DNA of 64,000 nt. It comes from Myxococcota bacterium. GTDB lineage: Bacteria; Myxococcota_A; UBA796; UBA2385. A program made the translations under genes and the position numbers. Where the stretch lies: NCBI GenBank assembly GCA_044344255.1, contig JBIJDH010000020.1:1-64000 (forward strand). Reading direction: 5' to 3'. Each line of letters starts with the position of its first letter. Positions within the stretch are counted from its first letter, which is position 1. The notes below the pieces were generated by a model. That model was not told the DNA's origin and made no database searches. It saw only the letters and a list, made by a program, of their open reading frames with translations. This document shows positions 19,076 through 29,181 of the stretch, piece after piece.

Positions 19076-20560
19076 ATGTCGAACCCCGCTCCGCCCTCCG
19101 CGCCGCGCCTGACGGCCCGCCCCGCCGGCCTCCTCGGCCTCCTGGGCCTGATCGCCCTCGCCTGCGGGGAGGCGCCGGCGACGAAGCCCCAGTCCACCGC
19201 CACCGACCCCACCGCCGACCTGCCGGGCACGCCGGTCTACTCCGCCTGCGGCGACGGCCTGCTCGACGCCGGGGAGGCCTGTGACGAGGGCGAGGCCAAC
19301 AGCGACACCGAGGCCGACGCCTGTCGCCTGGACTGTCGCCTCCCCACCTGCGGCGACGGCGTGACCGACGCCCTTGAAACCTGCGACGACGCCGGCACCT
19401 GGGGCGGTGACGGCTGCGCGGCCGCCTGCACCGTCGAGGCGGGGGCCCTCGAGGTCGAGCCGAACGAGGGCTGGGAGGCCGCCACGCCGGTGGAGCTCGG
19501 CCCCGAGGCCACGGTGAACGGGAGCCTCCCCGCGGGTGACCTCGACTGCTGGTCCATCCCCGTGCCCGAGTGCGGCGCGATCGAGGTGATCGAGTCGGGC
19601 GACTGCGAGCCTGGCCTCCTCCTCTCGCTGCACGATCCCGATGGCGCCTTGCTCGCCGTCGGCTCCCCCGGGGCAGACGGCTGCGCCCACCTCGATCCCT
19701 TCGAGCAGCCCGGCGCCCGCTGGGTCCGGGAGGGCGCCTGGTCGGTCTGCGTGGAGGCCCAGGGCGGGGTCGAGCGGCGCGGCTATACGCTCACCCTCTC
19801 GACCCCCGACTCCGCGGGCCTCGACGCCCCCTCCCTCGGCGGCGACAACGACGGCGACGAGATCCCCGACTCTTGTGATCCCGACCTCGACGGCGACGGG
19901 CTCGACAACGAGGCCGACAACTGCCCCGAGCTCTCCAACGGCCCCGACACCCCCGCGCCTGCCCCCCTGAGCGACGGCTGGATCCCCCTCTGGCTGACCA
20001 TCGGCCCCTTCACGACCGGCGTCTCCTCCGGCACCTGCCGCCCTTCGGAGGAGTACTTCGTGGGCGAACAAGAGCCGGTCACCGCCATCGCCGGTGATCA
20101 AGCCGGGGACGTCTCCTGGATCCCCGAGCTCGGCGGCGGCGGCTCGCTCAATTTCCTGAATGAGTACGGCGGCGTCAGCGCTCCCCGCGAGGCCTATGCG
20201 CTGGTCTATCTGCGGAGCGACAGCGCCCGCACCCTCAGCCTCTCCGTGGGCGCCGACGACGGCTTCTTCGGCTGGTGGAACGGCGCGCTCGTGCTCGACG
20301 TCTCCTCCTGTCAGGGGGTCAACCTCGACCAATTCGCCGCCGACGTCGAGGTGGCGGCCGGCTGGAACAGCCTGCTCTTCAAGGTCTATGACCAGGGCGG
20401 CGGCTGGGGCCTCGCCGCCCGCCTCCGAGAGGCCGACGGCAGCGCCGTCACCGACCTCGAGCTCTCCATCCTGCCCGACCAGAGCTGGCGCCCCGACCAG
20501 CAAGACCGCGACAGCGACGGGCTCGGTGACCTCTGCGACCCTGACCCCGACGCACCCTGA
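19076..20560 (+). CDS. Cys-rich lipoprotein with myxococcal 'CGDG' repeats, PPC-like, TSP3-like and PA14-like segments
   Basis: Start moved to MSNPAP; lipobox 'ALAC'; 'CGDGLLDAGEACD', 'EVEPNE', 'DxDGDGLDNEADNCP', 'GADDG..WWNG'. Confidence 0.82.
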   Translation: MSNPAPPSAPRLTARPAGLLGLLGLIALACGEAPATKPQSTATDPTADLPGTPVYSACGDGLLDAGEACDEGEANSDTEADACRLDCRLPTCGDGVTDALETCDDAGTWGGDGCAAACTVEAGALEVEPNEGWEAATPVELGPEATVNGSLPAGDLDCWSIPVPECGAIEVIESGDCEPGLLLSLHDPDGALLAVGSPGADGCAHLDPFEQPGARWVREGAWSVCVEAQGGVERRGYTLTLSTPDSAGLDAPSLGGDNDGDEIPDSCDPDLDGDGLDNEADNCPELSNGPDTPAPAPLSDGWIPLWLTIGPFTTGVSSGTCRPSEEYFVGEQEPVTAIAGDQAGDVSWIPELGGGGSLNFLNEYGGVSAPREAYALVYLRSDSARTLSLSVGADDGFFGWWNGALVLDVSSCQGVNLDQFAADVEVAAGWNSLLFKVYDQGGGWGLAARLREADGSAVTDLELSILPDQSWRPDQQDRDSDGLGDLCDPDPDAP

Positions 20561-20571
20561 CCGGAGCCCCC

Positions 20572-21477
20572 GTGAAGCTCAGCCCTGAAGACGAGGCCGC
20601 GCTCCTGGCCTCCCGCGCCGCCCCCACGCCCACGCTGCGGCCCACCGTCGCCGCCCTCGAGGCGCGGCTCTTCACCCCCATCCCCGTGCTCGACCACGGC
20701 TTCGTGCGGGTGGTCGACTACATGGGCGACGACGCGGCGATCGTCCAGGCGGCCCGTGTCTCCTACGGCCGGGGCACCAAGCAGGTGCGCGAGGACCGCG
20801 GGCTCATCCGCTACCTGATGCGCCACCGCCACACGACCCCCTTCGAGATGTGCGAGCTCAAGCTGCACGTCAAGCTGCCGATCTTCGTGGCCCGGCAGTG
20901 GATCCGGCACCGCACCGCCAACGTCAACGAGGTGAGCGGGCGCTACTCGGTGCTCGATCGCGAGTTCTATCTCCCCCGCCCCGAAGACCTCGCTGTCCAG
21001 GCCGTGAACAACAAGCAGGGCCGCGCCGAGCCCCTGTCCCTCGAGGCGGCTGCCGAGGTGCTCGGCCTCCTCCAGGCCGACGCCGAGCGGGCCCACTCCA
21101 CCTACGAGGGCCTGATCGAGCGCTTCGACCTCGCCCGCGAGCTCGCCCGCATCGGCCTCGGGCTCAACACCTACACCCAGTGGTACTGGAAGGTCGACCT
21201 CCACAACCTCTTCCACTTCCTGTCGCTGCGGATGGACGCCCACGCTCAGTACGAGATCCGCGCCTACGCCGACGTCATCGGCGACCTCGTCCGCGACTGG
21301 GTGCCCCACGCCTGGGGCGCCTTCTCGGACTACCGCCTCGGCGCGGCCTCCCTCTCTCGACAGGCCCTGTCCGTGGTGCAGCGGCGCCTGCGCGGAGAGG
21401 CGGTGACCCAGGCCGACAGCGGTCTCTCGGCCCGGGAGTGGACCGAGCTCCTGGCCCTGCTCGACCCCGCCGAATGA
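20572..21477 (+). CDS. thyX: FAD-dependent thymidylate synthase
   Basis: 'AARVSY', 'HTTPFE', 'RQWIRHR.ANVNEVSGRY', 'RELAR', 'HAQYEIR'. Confidence 0.97.
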   Translation: MKLSPEDEAALLASRAAPTPTLRPTVAALEARLFTPIPVLDHGFVRVVDYMGDDAAIVQAARVSYGRGTKQVREDRGLIRYLMRHRHTTPFEMCELKLHVKLPIFVARQWIRHRTANVNEVSGRYSVLDREFYLPRPEDLAVQAVNNKQGRAEPLSLEAAAEVLGLLQADAERAHSTYEGLIERFDLARELARIGLGLNTYTQWYWKVDLHNLFHFLSLRMDAHAQYEIRAYADVIGDLVRDWVPHAWGAFSDYRLGAASLSRQALSVVQRRLRGEAVTQADSGLSAREWTELLALLDPAE

Positions 21478-22103
21478 CCGACCGCGCCACCTGGACGCCG
21501 CCCCTCCCGCTCGTCTCCGAGGTGGGGCGGGTGAAGGGGACCCTCGGCGGCAGCCTGCTCTGGGACCGCCCCGAGCACCAGGCCGAGCGAGCGCGGGTGC
21601 TCTCTTTCCTCGTTCCTCCCGGGCCCGTCTGCCTCGAGGTCGGCTTTGACCACGGCATGGGCATCCTCGACCGGGCGCGCCGCTGGCCGGACACGCGGCA
21701 GCTCGGCGTCGAGCTCCGAAAGCGGCGAGTGACCGGCGTCGCCGCGCACGCCCCCGAGAATTGCCTGCTGCTCGCCACCGACGCCCGCGGGCTCCTCTCT
21801 CGGGTGCTGCCCCCTGGCCGGCTCGACCTCACGCTCATCCTCTTCCCGACCCCCGCCCTCGACCCGCGCCACCTCCTGCTCACCGAGGGCCTCGTGGCCG
21901 AGCTCGCCCGGGTGACGGCGCCGGGCGGGCGCGTCCACCTGGCCACCGACGTGCCGGCCTACGCCGACTGGATCCGCGGCCTCTTCTCCGGCTGGGCCGA
22001 GGCCGAGGCGCCCGAGCTCGGGCCCGTCCTCTCGCGGCGCGAGCGTGTCTGCCGGCGGGACGACCTGCCGGTGTGGCGGATGACCTACCGCCGGAGCGGT
22101 TAG
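21474..22103 (+). CDS. TrmB-like SAM-dependent methyltransferase (divergent)
   Basis: ATGA overlap with thyX; 'LEVGFDHG', 'LGVELR', 'LFPTP', 'GGRVHLATDV..YADW', 'SRRER'. Confidence 0.75.
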   Translation: MTDRATWTPPLPLVSEVGRVKGTLGGSLLWDRPEHQAERARVLSFLVPPGPVCLEVGFDHGMGILDRARRWPDTRQLGVELRKRRVTGVAAHAPENCLLLATDARGLLSRVLPPGRLDLTLILFPTPALDPRHLLLTEGLVAELARVTAPGGRVHLATDVPAYADWIRGLFSGWAEAEAPELGPVLSRRERVCRRDDLPVWRMTYRRSG

Positions 22104-22129
22104 GAGCCCGTCCCCCTCAAGAGGTGAAG

Positions 22130-22615
22130 ATGCGGCGCTCTGCCCCCCTGTTGGTCCTCGTAGTCGGTCTCCTCGGCTCTCTCGACGCCTCCGCGGAGAG
22201 CTTCCGCCAGGGCGGCAAGTTCGGCCTCGGCCTCGGCGGCGGCTTCGGCGTGTCCGGCCTCAGCGGCAAGTACTTCGTGACCAAGTCCCAGGCCTTCCAG
22301 GCGATGGTCGGCGGTGACGGGGTCCTCGACGGTGACGGCGGCGGCGGGCTGGGGGTCGGCCTCGACTACCTCATCGAGGGCCCCGCCCTCGCGCGCACCG
22401 AGCCCCTCGACATCGCCTGGAGCATCGGCGCCGGCGGCACCCTCGGCGTCGGGGACGCCGTGGGCATCGGCGCCTCCGGCGTGGCCGGCCTCGAGTTCTG
22501 CATCAACCCGGTGCCGATCGACGTCGTGCTCGAGTTCCGCCCCGGCATCGTGATCGTGCCGGAGATCGGCGCCGACATCGTCAACTTCAGCGGGCACGTC
22601 CGCTGGTACTTCTAA
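22130..22615 (+). CDS. Small outer-membrane beta-barrel-like protein
   Basis: Start moved to MRRSAP; signal peptide 'ASA-ES'; Gly-rich alternating strands; C-terminal 'VRWYF'. Confidence 0.75.
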   Translation: MRRSAPLLVLVVGLLGSLDASAESFRQGGKFGLGLGGGFGVSGLSGKYFVTKSQAFQAMVGGDGVLDGDGGGGLGVGLDYLIEGPALARTEPLDIAWSIGAGGTLGVGDAVGIGASGVAGLEFCINPVPIDVVLEFRPGIVIVPEIGADIVNFSGHVRWYF

Positions 22616-22651
22616 GGGCACTGCGGAGGATACTGCCGAGGCGGGGCCCCC

Positions 22652-25558
22652 TCAGGCGAGGAGGGCCAGCAGCTCGTCCTTGGTGATGCCCCCGGCGGCG
22701 CCGCCGCCCGCGCCGAGCGCGGCCTCGGCCAGGGCGCGCTTTCGCTCCTGGAGCTCGAGGATGCGCTCCTCCACGCTGTCCTCGGTGACCATCCGATAGA
22801 CCATCACCGGCTTGTCCTGCCCGATACGATGCGCACGATCGGCGGCCTGCTCCTCCACGGCGGGGTTCCACCAGGGGTCGAGCAGGAAGACGTGGTCGGC
22901 GGCGGTGAGGTTGAGGCCGACGCCGCCCGCCTTGAGCGACAGCAGGAAGACCGGCGGGCCCCCCTTCGACTGGAATTTCTGCACGACGGCCTCGCGGTCA
23001 TTCGTGCTGCCGTCGAGGCGGATGAAGGGGATGCCGGCGGCCTTGAGCTCGGGCTCGACGAGGTCGAGGAGGCTCGTCCATTGGCTGAAGACCAGCGCCT
23101 TGTGCCCCTCGGCGACCACCTCGTCGAGGGTCTCGACGAGCAGATCGACCTTGGCGGAGCCCGCCGCCTTCTGGCCGGGGACGAGGGCGGAGTGACAGGC
23201 GGCCTGTCGCAGGCGGAGGAGGGCCTCGAGCGCCTTCATCACCGAGCCGCCCTGCCCGAGCTCTCTCAGCACCGTCTCCTTGGTGGCGGCGCGGATCGTG
23301 TCGTAGACGGCCCGCTCCTTGGCGGAGAGCTCGCAGTGGAGCACCATGTCGGTGCGCGGTGGCAAGTCGCGGGCGACCTCCTCCTTCATCCGGCGGAGCA
23401 CAAAGGGGCGGATGCGGTCGCGGAGGCGCGCGGCGGCGCCGGCCTCCCCGTTCTGGATCGGGGTGGCGTATCGATCGACGAAGCTCTTTCGCCCCCCGAG
23501 GTAGCCCGGGTTCACGAAGTGGAATTGGCTCCAGAGCTCCTCGAGCCGGTTCTCGACCGGGGTGCCCGTGAGGGTGAGGCGCCGCTCGGCTTGCAGGCGA
23601 TAGGCGGCGCGGGCGACCTGGGCGTCCGGGTTCTTGATGGCCTGGGCCTCATCGAGGATGACCGTGTCCCAGGCCTGCGCGGCGAGCAGCTCGATGTCGA
23701 GGCGGAGCAGCGCGTAGCTCGTGAGCACGAGGTCGGCCTTGTGGTCGAGGCTGCGGCTCGGGCCGTGGTAGGTGCACACCTTGAGGCTCGGACGGAATTT
23801 CCTCGCCTCGGCGGCCCAGTTCGGGAGCACCGAGGTGGGGGCGACCACGAGGCTCCGACCCTCGAGCGTGCAGAGGGCCTGCAGGGTCTTGCCGAGGCCC
23901 ATGTCGTCGGCGAGGACGCCGCCCACGCCGGCCTTCTTGAGCCAGGCGAGCCAGCTCACCCCCTCTTGCTGATAGGGTCGCAGCGTGGCCCGGAGGTCGG
24001 CCGGGAGGGGCGCGACGGGGATGCCCTCAAAGCCCTGGGCGAGCACCCGCAGCGGCTCGAGCACCGGCGGCGGCGGCTGATCGAGGGAGACCGCGAGGCG
24101 CGCGAGGTCGAGCTGGGCGTGGCGGGCGACGCTGCCGTCGGGGTTGCGGGCGGCCAGCAGATCGGCGAGCAGGTGCCCGTGCTCGTCGAGCCAGCCGGTG
24201 GGCAAGGGCGCCCAGCCGCCGAGCACCGGCACGAGGCCGGCCCCCGAGGCCCAGGCCTCGATGACCCGCTCGGGATCGGCCCCCTCGAAGTCGACCTGCA
24301 GGCGGCCCCCGTCGACGCGGACGGTGGGGCGGAGGGTGGGCAGGCGGCGGAAGGTGGTCCAGGCGTCTCCCTGGAGCTTCACCCGGGCCCCGAGCAGCCG
24401 GTCGACGAGGCGGACGGCGGCCTCGGCGGTGGCCTCGATGGCGTGTCCGACCGGCAAGCCGAGCTCCTCCCGGGCCTCGGTGATGAGCTGCTGCTCGGCC
24501 CGGGCATCCCGAATGGGCACGGTCTTGCCGTTGAGCTCGAGCTCGCCGCGCTCGACGCGGGCATACGGAGGGTCTCCGTAGACGACGGTGGCCTTGACGC
24601 GCAGGGCCTCGCCGTCGCGCTGGGTCTCGACCTGGAGGCGGGGCTTGGTGGCACCGCCGGTCGGGAGCCGCGTGGTGCGGAGGTCGAGGCGCACCTTCTC
24701 GCGGAGGATCGGCAGGATCTCACTCACGAGCTTTCCGACCTCCGAGGGGTGGAAGACCACGCCGCGCTCATAGGGGAGGCGCTGCTCGGCGCTGAGGCCG
24801 CCGTTCGACACCGGCCGCAGCACGGGGCCGCAGCGCACCGCGCCGTTCGTGAAGACCTCGGTGATCGTGGGGTCGCGCACGAGGCGCACCCGAAAGGCGC
24901 CGCGGGTGACGGGGTCATCATCGACGATCGCGACGGGGAGCACGGGATCTCCGGACACCTGGACCGGCTCCCCGTCGAGCAGGATGTCTGAGCAATAGGA
25001 GAGGGCCCGGAGCGCCCGCGGCATGTTCTCTCGGGGCACCGTGAGGCCGAAGCGGAAATTGAGGGCCTCCTCGAGGTCGAGGTCGTTCTCGGTGGTCAGC
25101 AGGCGGGCGCCGGCGCTCCCCCCGCGCAGGGTGCCCTTGATCGGCTCCTCATCGCCGAGGCGCACGGCGACCCGATCGATGCGAAAGGCCCGATCGATCC
25201 GCTTGATGTGGTAGCGGAGGGTCGCCGGCGCCCGCCCAGGGGGCAGCGGCGTGGTGCCCGTGCCCCGGCCGGCGGTGGGGAGCGCTCGCCCCGCCTTCCG
25301 CGCCTCCGACCAGGCGATGACCGCGGCGGCGGCGTGCGCGCAGACGGCGGCCTTTCCGTCACAGTCGCAGCCCCACTCCTCGTCCTCGGGCCAGAGGTTG
25401 ACGGTGAAGGCGCGCGCCGCCCCGGAGACCGCCACGCGGAGCTCGACCATGTCGGCGTCGGCCTTGAGCCCCTGCACGGAGCCCTCACGCGCCAGCGTCA
25501 CCCCGCGCGACCAGAGGCCCTCGGGGGCCGCCTCGCGCATCGTCTCCAGCAGGCCCAT
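22652..25558 (-). CDS. SWIM zinc finger-SNF2 family helicase/ATPase
   Basis: SWIM 'CDC....VCAH'; 'LRPYQ', '[10 protein letters not shown]', 'DEAQ', 'TGTPVEN', 'FSQW', 'GLNLTAAD', '[19 protein letters not shown]'. Confidence 0.96.
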   Translation of the reverse strand: MGLLETMREAAPEGLWSRGVTLAREGSVQGLKADADMVELRVAVSGAARAFTVNLWPEDEEWGCDCDGKAAVCAHAAAAVIAWSEARKAGRALPTAGRGTGTTPLPPGRAPATLRYHIKRIDRAFRIDRVAVRLGDEEPIKGTLRGGSAGARLLTTENDLDLEEALNFRFGLTVPRENMPRALRALSYCSDILLDGEPVQVSGDPVLPVAIVDDDPVTRGAFRVRLVRDPTITEVFTNGAVRCGPVLRPVSNGGLSAEQRLPYERGVVFHPSEVGKLVSEILPILREKVRLDLRTTRLPTGGATKPRLQVETQRDGEALRVKATVVYGDPPYARVERGELELNGKTVPIRDARAEQQLITEAREELGLPVGHAIEATAEAAVRLVDRLLGARVKLQGDAWTTFRRLPTLRPTVRVDGGRLQVDFEGADPERVIEAWASGAGLVPVLGGWAPLPTGWLDEHGHLLADLLAARNPDGSVARHAQLDLARLAVSLDQPPPPVLEPLRVLAQGFEGIPVAPLPADLRATLRPYQQEGVSWLAWLKKAGVGGVLADDMGLGKTLQALCTLEGRSLVVAPTSVLPNWAAEARKFRPSLKVCTYHGPSRSLDHKADLVLTSYALLRLDIELLAAQAWDTVILDEAQAIKNPDAQVARAAYRLQAERRLTLTGTPVENRLEELWSQFHFVNPGYLGGRKSFVDRYATPIQNGEAGAAARLRDRIRPFVLRRMKEEVARDLPPRTDMVLHCELSAKERAVYDTIRAATKETVLRELGQGGSVMKALEALLRLRQAACHSALVPGQKAAGSAKVDLLVETLDEVVAEGHKALVFSQWTSLLDLVEPELKAAGIPFIRLDGSTNDREAVVQKFQSKGGPPVFLLSLKAGGVGLNLTAADHVFLLDPWWNPAVEEQAADRAHRIGQDKPVMVYRMVTEDSVEERILELQERKRALAEAALGAGGGAAGGITKDELLALLA

Positions 25559-25602
25559 GTTCCCCTCCGGCGGCCCCGCCTATCTCGTCTCGCCCCCCTG
25601 CC

Positions 25603-25617
25603 ACTGGTCATACCAGT
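25603..25617. promoter_or_regulatory. FadR/GntR-type operator palindrome ACTGGT-CAT-ACCAGT
   Basis: Perfect inverted repeat of the TGGT-N3-ACCA type, 35 bp upstream of the FadR-type gene. Confidence 0.8.
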
Positions 25618-25652
25618 TGACCATCGGATGAGCGGCGAGGTAGGCTGCCCCC

Positions 25653-26372
25653 ATGAGCTTCCAGCCCATCCCCCGCAGCTCCCTCTCCGAGGCGGTCTAT
25701 GATCAGCTCTCGGCCCACATCCTCGACGGCCGCTTCCCCGCCGGCGAGGCCCTGCCCGCCGAGCGCGTGCTCACCGCTGAGCTCGGCGTGAACCGCGGCG
25801 CTGTGCGGGAGGCGATCCAGCGCCTGAAGGAGGCCGGCCTCGTCGAGACCCGGCACGGGGAGGGGAGCCGCGTGCTCGACTTCCGGAGCCACGCCGGCCT
25901 CGACCTCCTGCCGCGCCTGATCCCCGACGGCGTGGGCGGCATCGACCTCCTCGCCCTTCGCTCGATCATCGAGATGCGCAGCGCGATCGGGGCAGACGCG
26001 GCGGCCAAGGCCGCCCTGCGGGGGGGCCCCGCCCTGGCAGACCGCATCGACGCGCTGCTCTCCGCCTGGGCCGCCCTCCCGCTGGAGGTCAAGCAGGCCC
26101 GCGCGGTCGCCCTCTGGGAGCTCGTGGTCGAGGGCTCGGAGAACCTCGCCTATCGCCTCGCCTTCAACAGCCTGCGCCGCGCCTACCTCCCCGTGCTGGC
26201 CCTCACCCGGGACGCCCTCTCGGCCGAGCTCGAAGACGAGGCGGGCCTGCTCCGCCTGTCCGCCGCCATCCGCGCGCAGGACGCCGCCGCCGCCCAGGCG
26301 GCCGCCCGCGCGGTGCTCGAGGCCGGCTCCGCGGGCCTGCTCGCCCTGCTCGACGGCGTGGGGGGCCCATGA
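25653..26372 (+). CDS. GntR/FadR family transcriptional regulator
   Basis: 'GEALPAERVL..ELGVNRGAVREAIQRL...GLVETRHGEG'; FadR_C-like 'SENLAYRLAFN'. Confidence 0.93.
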   Translation: MSFQPIPRSSLSEAVYDQLSAHILDGRFPAGEALPAERVLTAELGVNRGAVREAIQRLKEAGLVETRHGEGSRVLDFRSHAGLDLLPRLIPDGVGGIDLLALRSIIEMRSAIGADAAAKAALRGGPALADRIDALLSAWAALPLEVKQARAVALWELVVEGSENLAYRLAFNSLRRAYLPVLALTRDALSAELEDEAGLLRLSAAIRAQDAAAAQAAARAVLEAGSAGLLALLDGVGGP

Positions 26373-27079
26373 GCGCCCCTGTCGCCCCGCACCCCGTCGC
26401 CCCGCCCCCAGGGCCCCGCAGCCTGAAGGAGGCGGTGCCGCGCTTCTTCCACGACCGCGGCACGAAGCTCATCGTCGCCTGCCTGCTCGTCGCATCGGCG
26501 GGCCGGCTGTACGTCGGAGACTACCTCGTCTGGGACGCCCTCCTCCCGCCTCTGCTCCTGCTGCTCCAGCCCTTCGTCGAGTGGGGGGTGCACGTGCACT
26601 ACCTGCACATGCGCCCGCGCAAGGTCTTCGGCTTCACCCTCGATCCCCTCGCCGCGCGCCTCCACCGGGCCCACCACAAGGAGCCCTGGAACGTCGAGCT
26701 CGGCTTTATGCCCTTCCCCGTGCTGGTGCGGCTCCTCATCGGGGAGGCCCTGTTCTGGCCCCTCGTGATGCCCACCCCGGCCCTCGCGCTCACCGGGGCG
26801 GTCTCCACCTTCGCGCTCACGCTCTACTACGAGTGGATCCACTTCCTGGTCCACACGCCCTATCTGCCGAAGGGCGCCTTCTATCGAGAGCAGTGGCGAC
26901 TCCACCGCCTCCACCACCACAAGAACGAGCGCTACTGGATGGGCGTGACGCTGCACCTCGGAGACCGCCTCCTCGGCACCCAACCCGACCCCGCCACCGT
27001 CGAGAGCTCGCCCTCCGTGCGCGACCTCGCGCTGGCTTGGCAGGCCGCAGAGGGCGCCGACGGGGGCACGGGCGGGTGA
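26369..27079 (+). CDS. Fatty acid hydroxylase/sterol desaturase family membrane di-iron enzyme
   Basis: His boxes 'EWGVHVHYLH', 'HRAHH', 'YEWIHFLVH', 'HRLHHH'. Confidence 0.9.
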   Translation: MSAPVAPHPVAPPPGPRSLKEAVPRFFHDRGTKLIVACLLVASAGRLYVGDYLVWDALLPPLLLLLQPFVEWGVHVHYLHMRPRKVFGFTLDPLAARLHRAHHKEPWNVELGFMPFPVLVRLLIGEALFWPLVMPTPALALTGAVSTFALTLYYEWIHFLVHTPYLPKGAFYREQWRLHRLHHHKNERYWMGVTLHLGDRLLGTQPDPATVESSPSVRDLALAWQAAEGADGGTGG

Positions 27080-27111
27080 GAGGCGGCCGAGGGCCCGGCG
27101 AGGCGCGGGGC

Positions 27112-27154
27112 GTTCCACGGGGAACCACCCACATGGGGCCGTCGTTCCACGACG
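27112..27154. terminator. Two short hairpins between convergent genes (possible bidirectional terminator)
   Basis: gttcc-acgg-ggaac (27112-27125) and cgtcgt-tcc-acgacg (27140-27154); no U-tract. Confidence 0.35.
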
Positions 27155-27167
27155 AGCGGGGCCGAGG

Positions 27168-27950
27168 TCAGCCCGGCGAGGGCCAGAGCTCGTCCAAGGC
27201 GGCGCCGAAGGCGCAGACGCGCTGGAGCTCCACCACGGAGAGGGGCGCCTCGACGGGTACGGCGAGCCGGGCCCCCCGGGCGAAGGGGTAGGCGCCGAGG
27301 TGGGCACCCTCGCTCGTGGGGTCGGGCTGGACCTCGCCCCGCGGCGGAGAGAGCAGCGCCGGGGCGGTCGCGAGCAGCGCGCTCCGGCTGGGCCCGAAGG
27401 CGGCGGTCTGACGGAGCAGGTGGCGGAGGGCGGCGGCCTCCGCGCGGGCGGCCACGATGTCGCGCCAGGCGCGGACGGCGCCCACGACCCGCGCGCGGAG
27501 GGTGCGCCCGCTGGTCTCGGTCTTGGAGAGGAAGTCGTGGATGTCGTATTCCTCGAGGATGTGCTTCTCGGCGTACTCCCCAGGCTGACCGGTGCGGATC
27601 ACGAAGCGCGTGTCACGCTCCCCGAGCTCCCGTCGGGCCCAGACGACAAAGTCGAGGCCGGCGGTCTGGGTCTCCATGATCACGTCGACGAGGCCCACCG
27701 CCACGGGGGCTCCTGCGGAGAGGGCCGCCTTGGCCTCCGCGAAGGAGCCGGCCTGGATGAGCTCCACGGGGGCCCTGTCGACGACCACTCCCCGCAGCGT
27801 CAGGGCCGTGATCTGACGGACGTCCTGATCATCGTCCACCACGAGCACCCGCCAAGCCGGGCGCGGCTCCTCGGCGCGGGCGAGAGGCGCATCATCCTCC
27901 TGGAACAGCGGCTGTTCATCCGTCTTTGTCCACTCCATCTTCGTGAACAT
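27168..27950 (-). CDS. Response regulator (receiver domain plus short C-terminal extension)
   Basis: 'VLVVDDD', 'LVDVIMET...GLD', 'IRTGQPG', 'YDIHDFLSKTE'. Confidence 0.88.
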   Translation of the reverse strand: MFTKMEWTKTDEQPLFQEDDAPLARAEEPRPAWRVLVVDDDQDVRQITALTLRGVVVDRAPVELIQAGSFAEAKAALSAGAPVAVGLVDVIMETQTAGLDFVVWARRELGERDTRFVIRTGQPGEYAEKHILEEYDIHDFLSKTETSGRTLRARVVGAVRAWRDIVAARAEAAALRHLLRQTAAFGPSRSALLATAPALLSPPRGEVQPDPTSEGAHLGAYPFARGARLAVPVEAPLSVVELQRVCAFGAALDELWPSPG

Positions 27951-29181
27951 CGCGGCCCCCGTCGGTGATGGGAGTGTATATGGCCGCCGTGCCGATCGGA
28001 GCGGTGACGTAGACCATGGTCCCCTTGAATTCGTCCTCCTTCAGCTCCACCGAGCCGCTGAAGTGCTCCTTGACGAGCGAACGGACGATGTGCAGCCCGA
28101 GCCCGCTGCCGCCGCTCCCCTGTCGGGTGGTGAAGAAGGGCTCGAAGGCGCGCCGCGCGACCTCCTCGGACATCCCCCGCCCGTTGTCCCGGATCACGAT
28201 CTGAAGGTGGTCCGGCTCGACCGAGAGGACCACCGTGACCCGCCGCCCGACACGCTCCCCCTCTCCGCCGGGGAAGGCGTGGGTGAGCGCGTTGACGATG
28301 AGGTTGGTCACCACTTGCTGGAGCTCGCCGGCCGCGAAGCACAGCACCCGATCGCTGCGAATCTGCGGCTCCACCGTCACGCCGGCCTGCCGCGCCATCG
28401 GGTTGAGACTCTCGATAAGCTCGTTCAGCCACCGGCTCACCGCGATGGTGCGCATGCGCAGGGAGCTCCGGTCGACCGCGACCTGCCGGAAGGACTCGAC
28501 CAGCCGGGCCGCGCGGCCGAGGTTTCGCACGGTCAGGGTGGCGGCCTCTTCGGCGGCGTCGAGCGCGTGGGCGAGCACGGCGCGAGTGAGCGTCCCGCCC
28601 TCGAGGTGTCCGCGCAGGTCCCGTATGAGGTCCTGGGAGTGGGTGGCCGAGGTGAACGCGACCCCGACCGGCGTGTTCACCTCATGAGCCACCGCGGCCA
28701 CCAGGGCGCCGAGGGCGGCAAGCCGCTCGGTCTGGATGAGGCCCGCCTGGGCCGCGTGCAGCTCCTGGAGGGTCCGCTCCAGCTCCCGAGCGCGCTCCTC
28801 GAGGGTGACCTCGAGCGCGCGGCGGGCGGTGATGTCCGTCGCGATCCCGCCGGCGCCGATGAGATTCCCGTCGATGCCGAAGAGCGGGTAAATCGTCTCG
28901 AGGAAGGTGCGCCCCTCCCCGGCGATGGAGAGCGTGTACTCCGCGGCGATGGCCTCCCCGGTCTCCAACACCCGCGTGGTGCTCTCCTCGACAGCCGCGG
29001 CCTCCGCGCCGAGGAGGTCGGTGTCGGTGCGGCCGATCACGTCCGCCTCTGCTCGCTCGAGCAGCATGTGGTGGCGGGTGTTGCTGAGGACGAAGCGCCG
29101 CTCTCGGTCCTTGGCGTAGATGACCAGCGGCGCCTCGCGGACCACGGCGCCGAGCAGGGAAATCGAATCTAAACGCCTCAT
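27916..29181 (-). CDS. PAS-domain sensor histidine kinase
   Basis: PAS 'IYAKDRERRFVLSN'; H-box 'VAHEVNTP'; N-box 'NLIVNALTHAF'; 'DNGRG', 'FEPFFTT', 'GSGLGL'. Confidence 0.95.
   Translation of the reverse strand: MRRLDSISLLGAVVREAPLVIYAKDRERRFVLSNTRHHMLLERAEADVIGRTDTDLLGAEAAAVEESTTRVLETGEAIAAEYTLSIAGEGRTFLETIYPLFGIDGNLIGAGGIATDITARRALEVTLEERARELERTLQELHAAQAGLIQTERLAALGALVAAVAHEVNTPVGVAFTSATHSQDLIRDLRGHLEGGTLTRAVLAHALDAAEEAATLTVRNLGRAARLVESFRQVAVDRSSLRMRTIAVSRWLNELIESLNPMARQAGVTVEPQIRSDRVLCFAAGELQQVVTNLIVNALTHAFPGGEGERVGRRVTVVLSVEPDHLQIVIRDNGRGMSEEVARRAFEPFFTTRQGSGGSGLGLHIVRSLVKEHFSGSVELKEDEFKGTMVYVTAPIGTAAIYTPITDGGRDVHEDGVDKDG

Noticed and set aside
20572..21477. thyX as a prophage marker
   Set aside because: No phage genes nearby; codon style matches the host; embedded in a host operon.
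22652..25558. SNF2 helicase as part of an anti-phage system (DISARM/Zorya/BREX-like)
   Set aside because: It is the common stand-alone SWIM-SNF2 type, with no methylase, nuclease or other defence genes adjacent.
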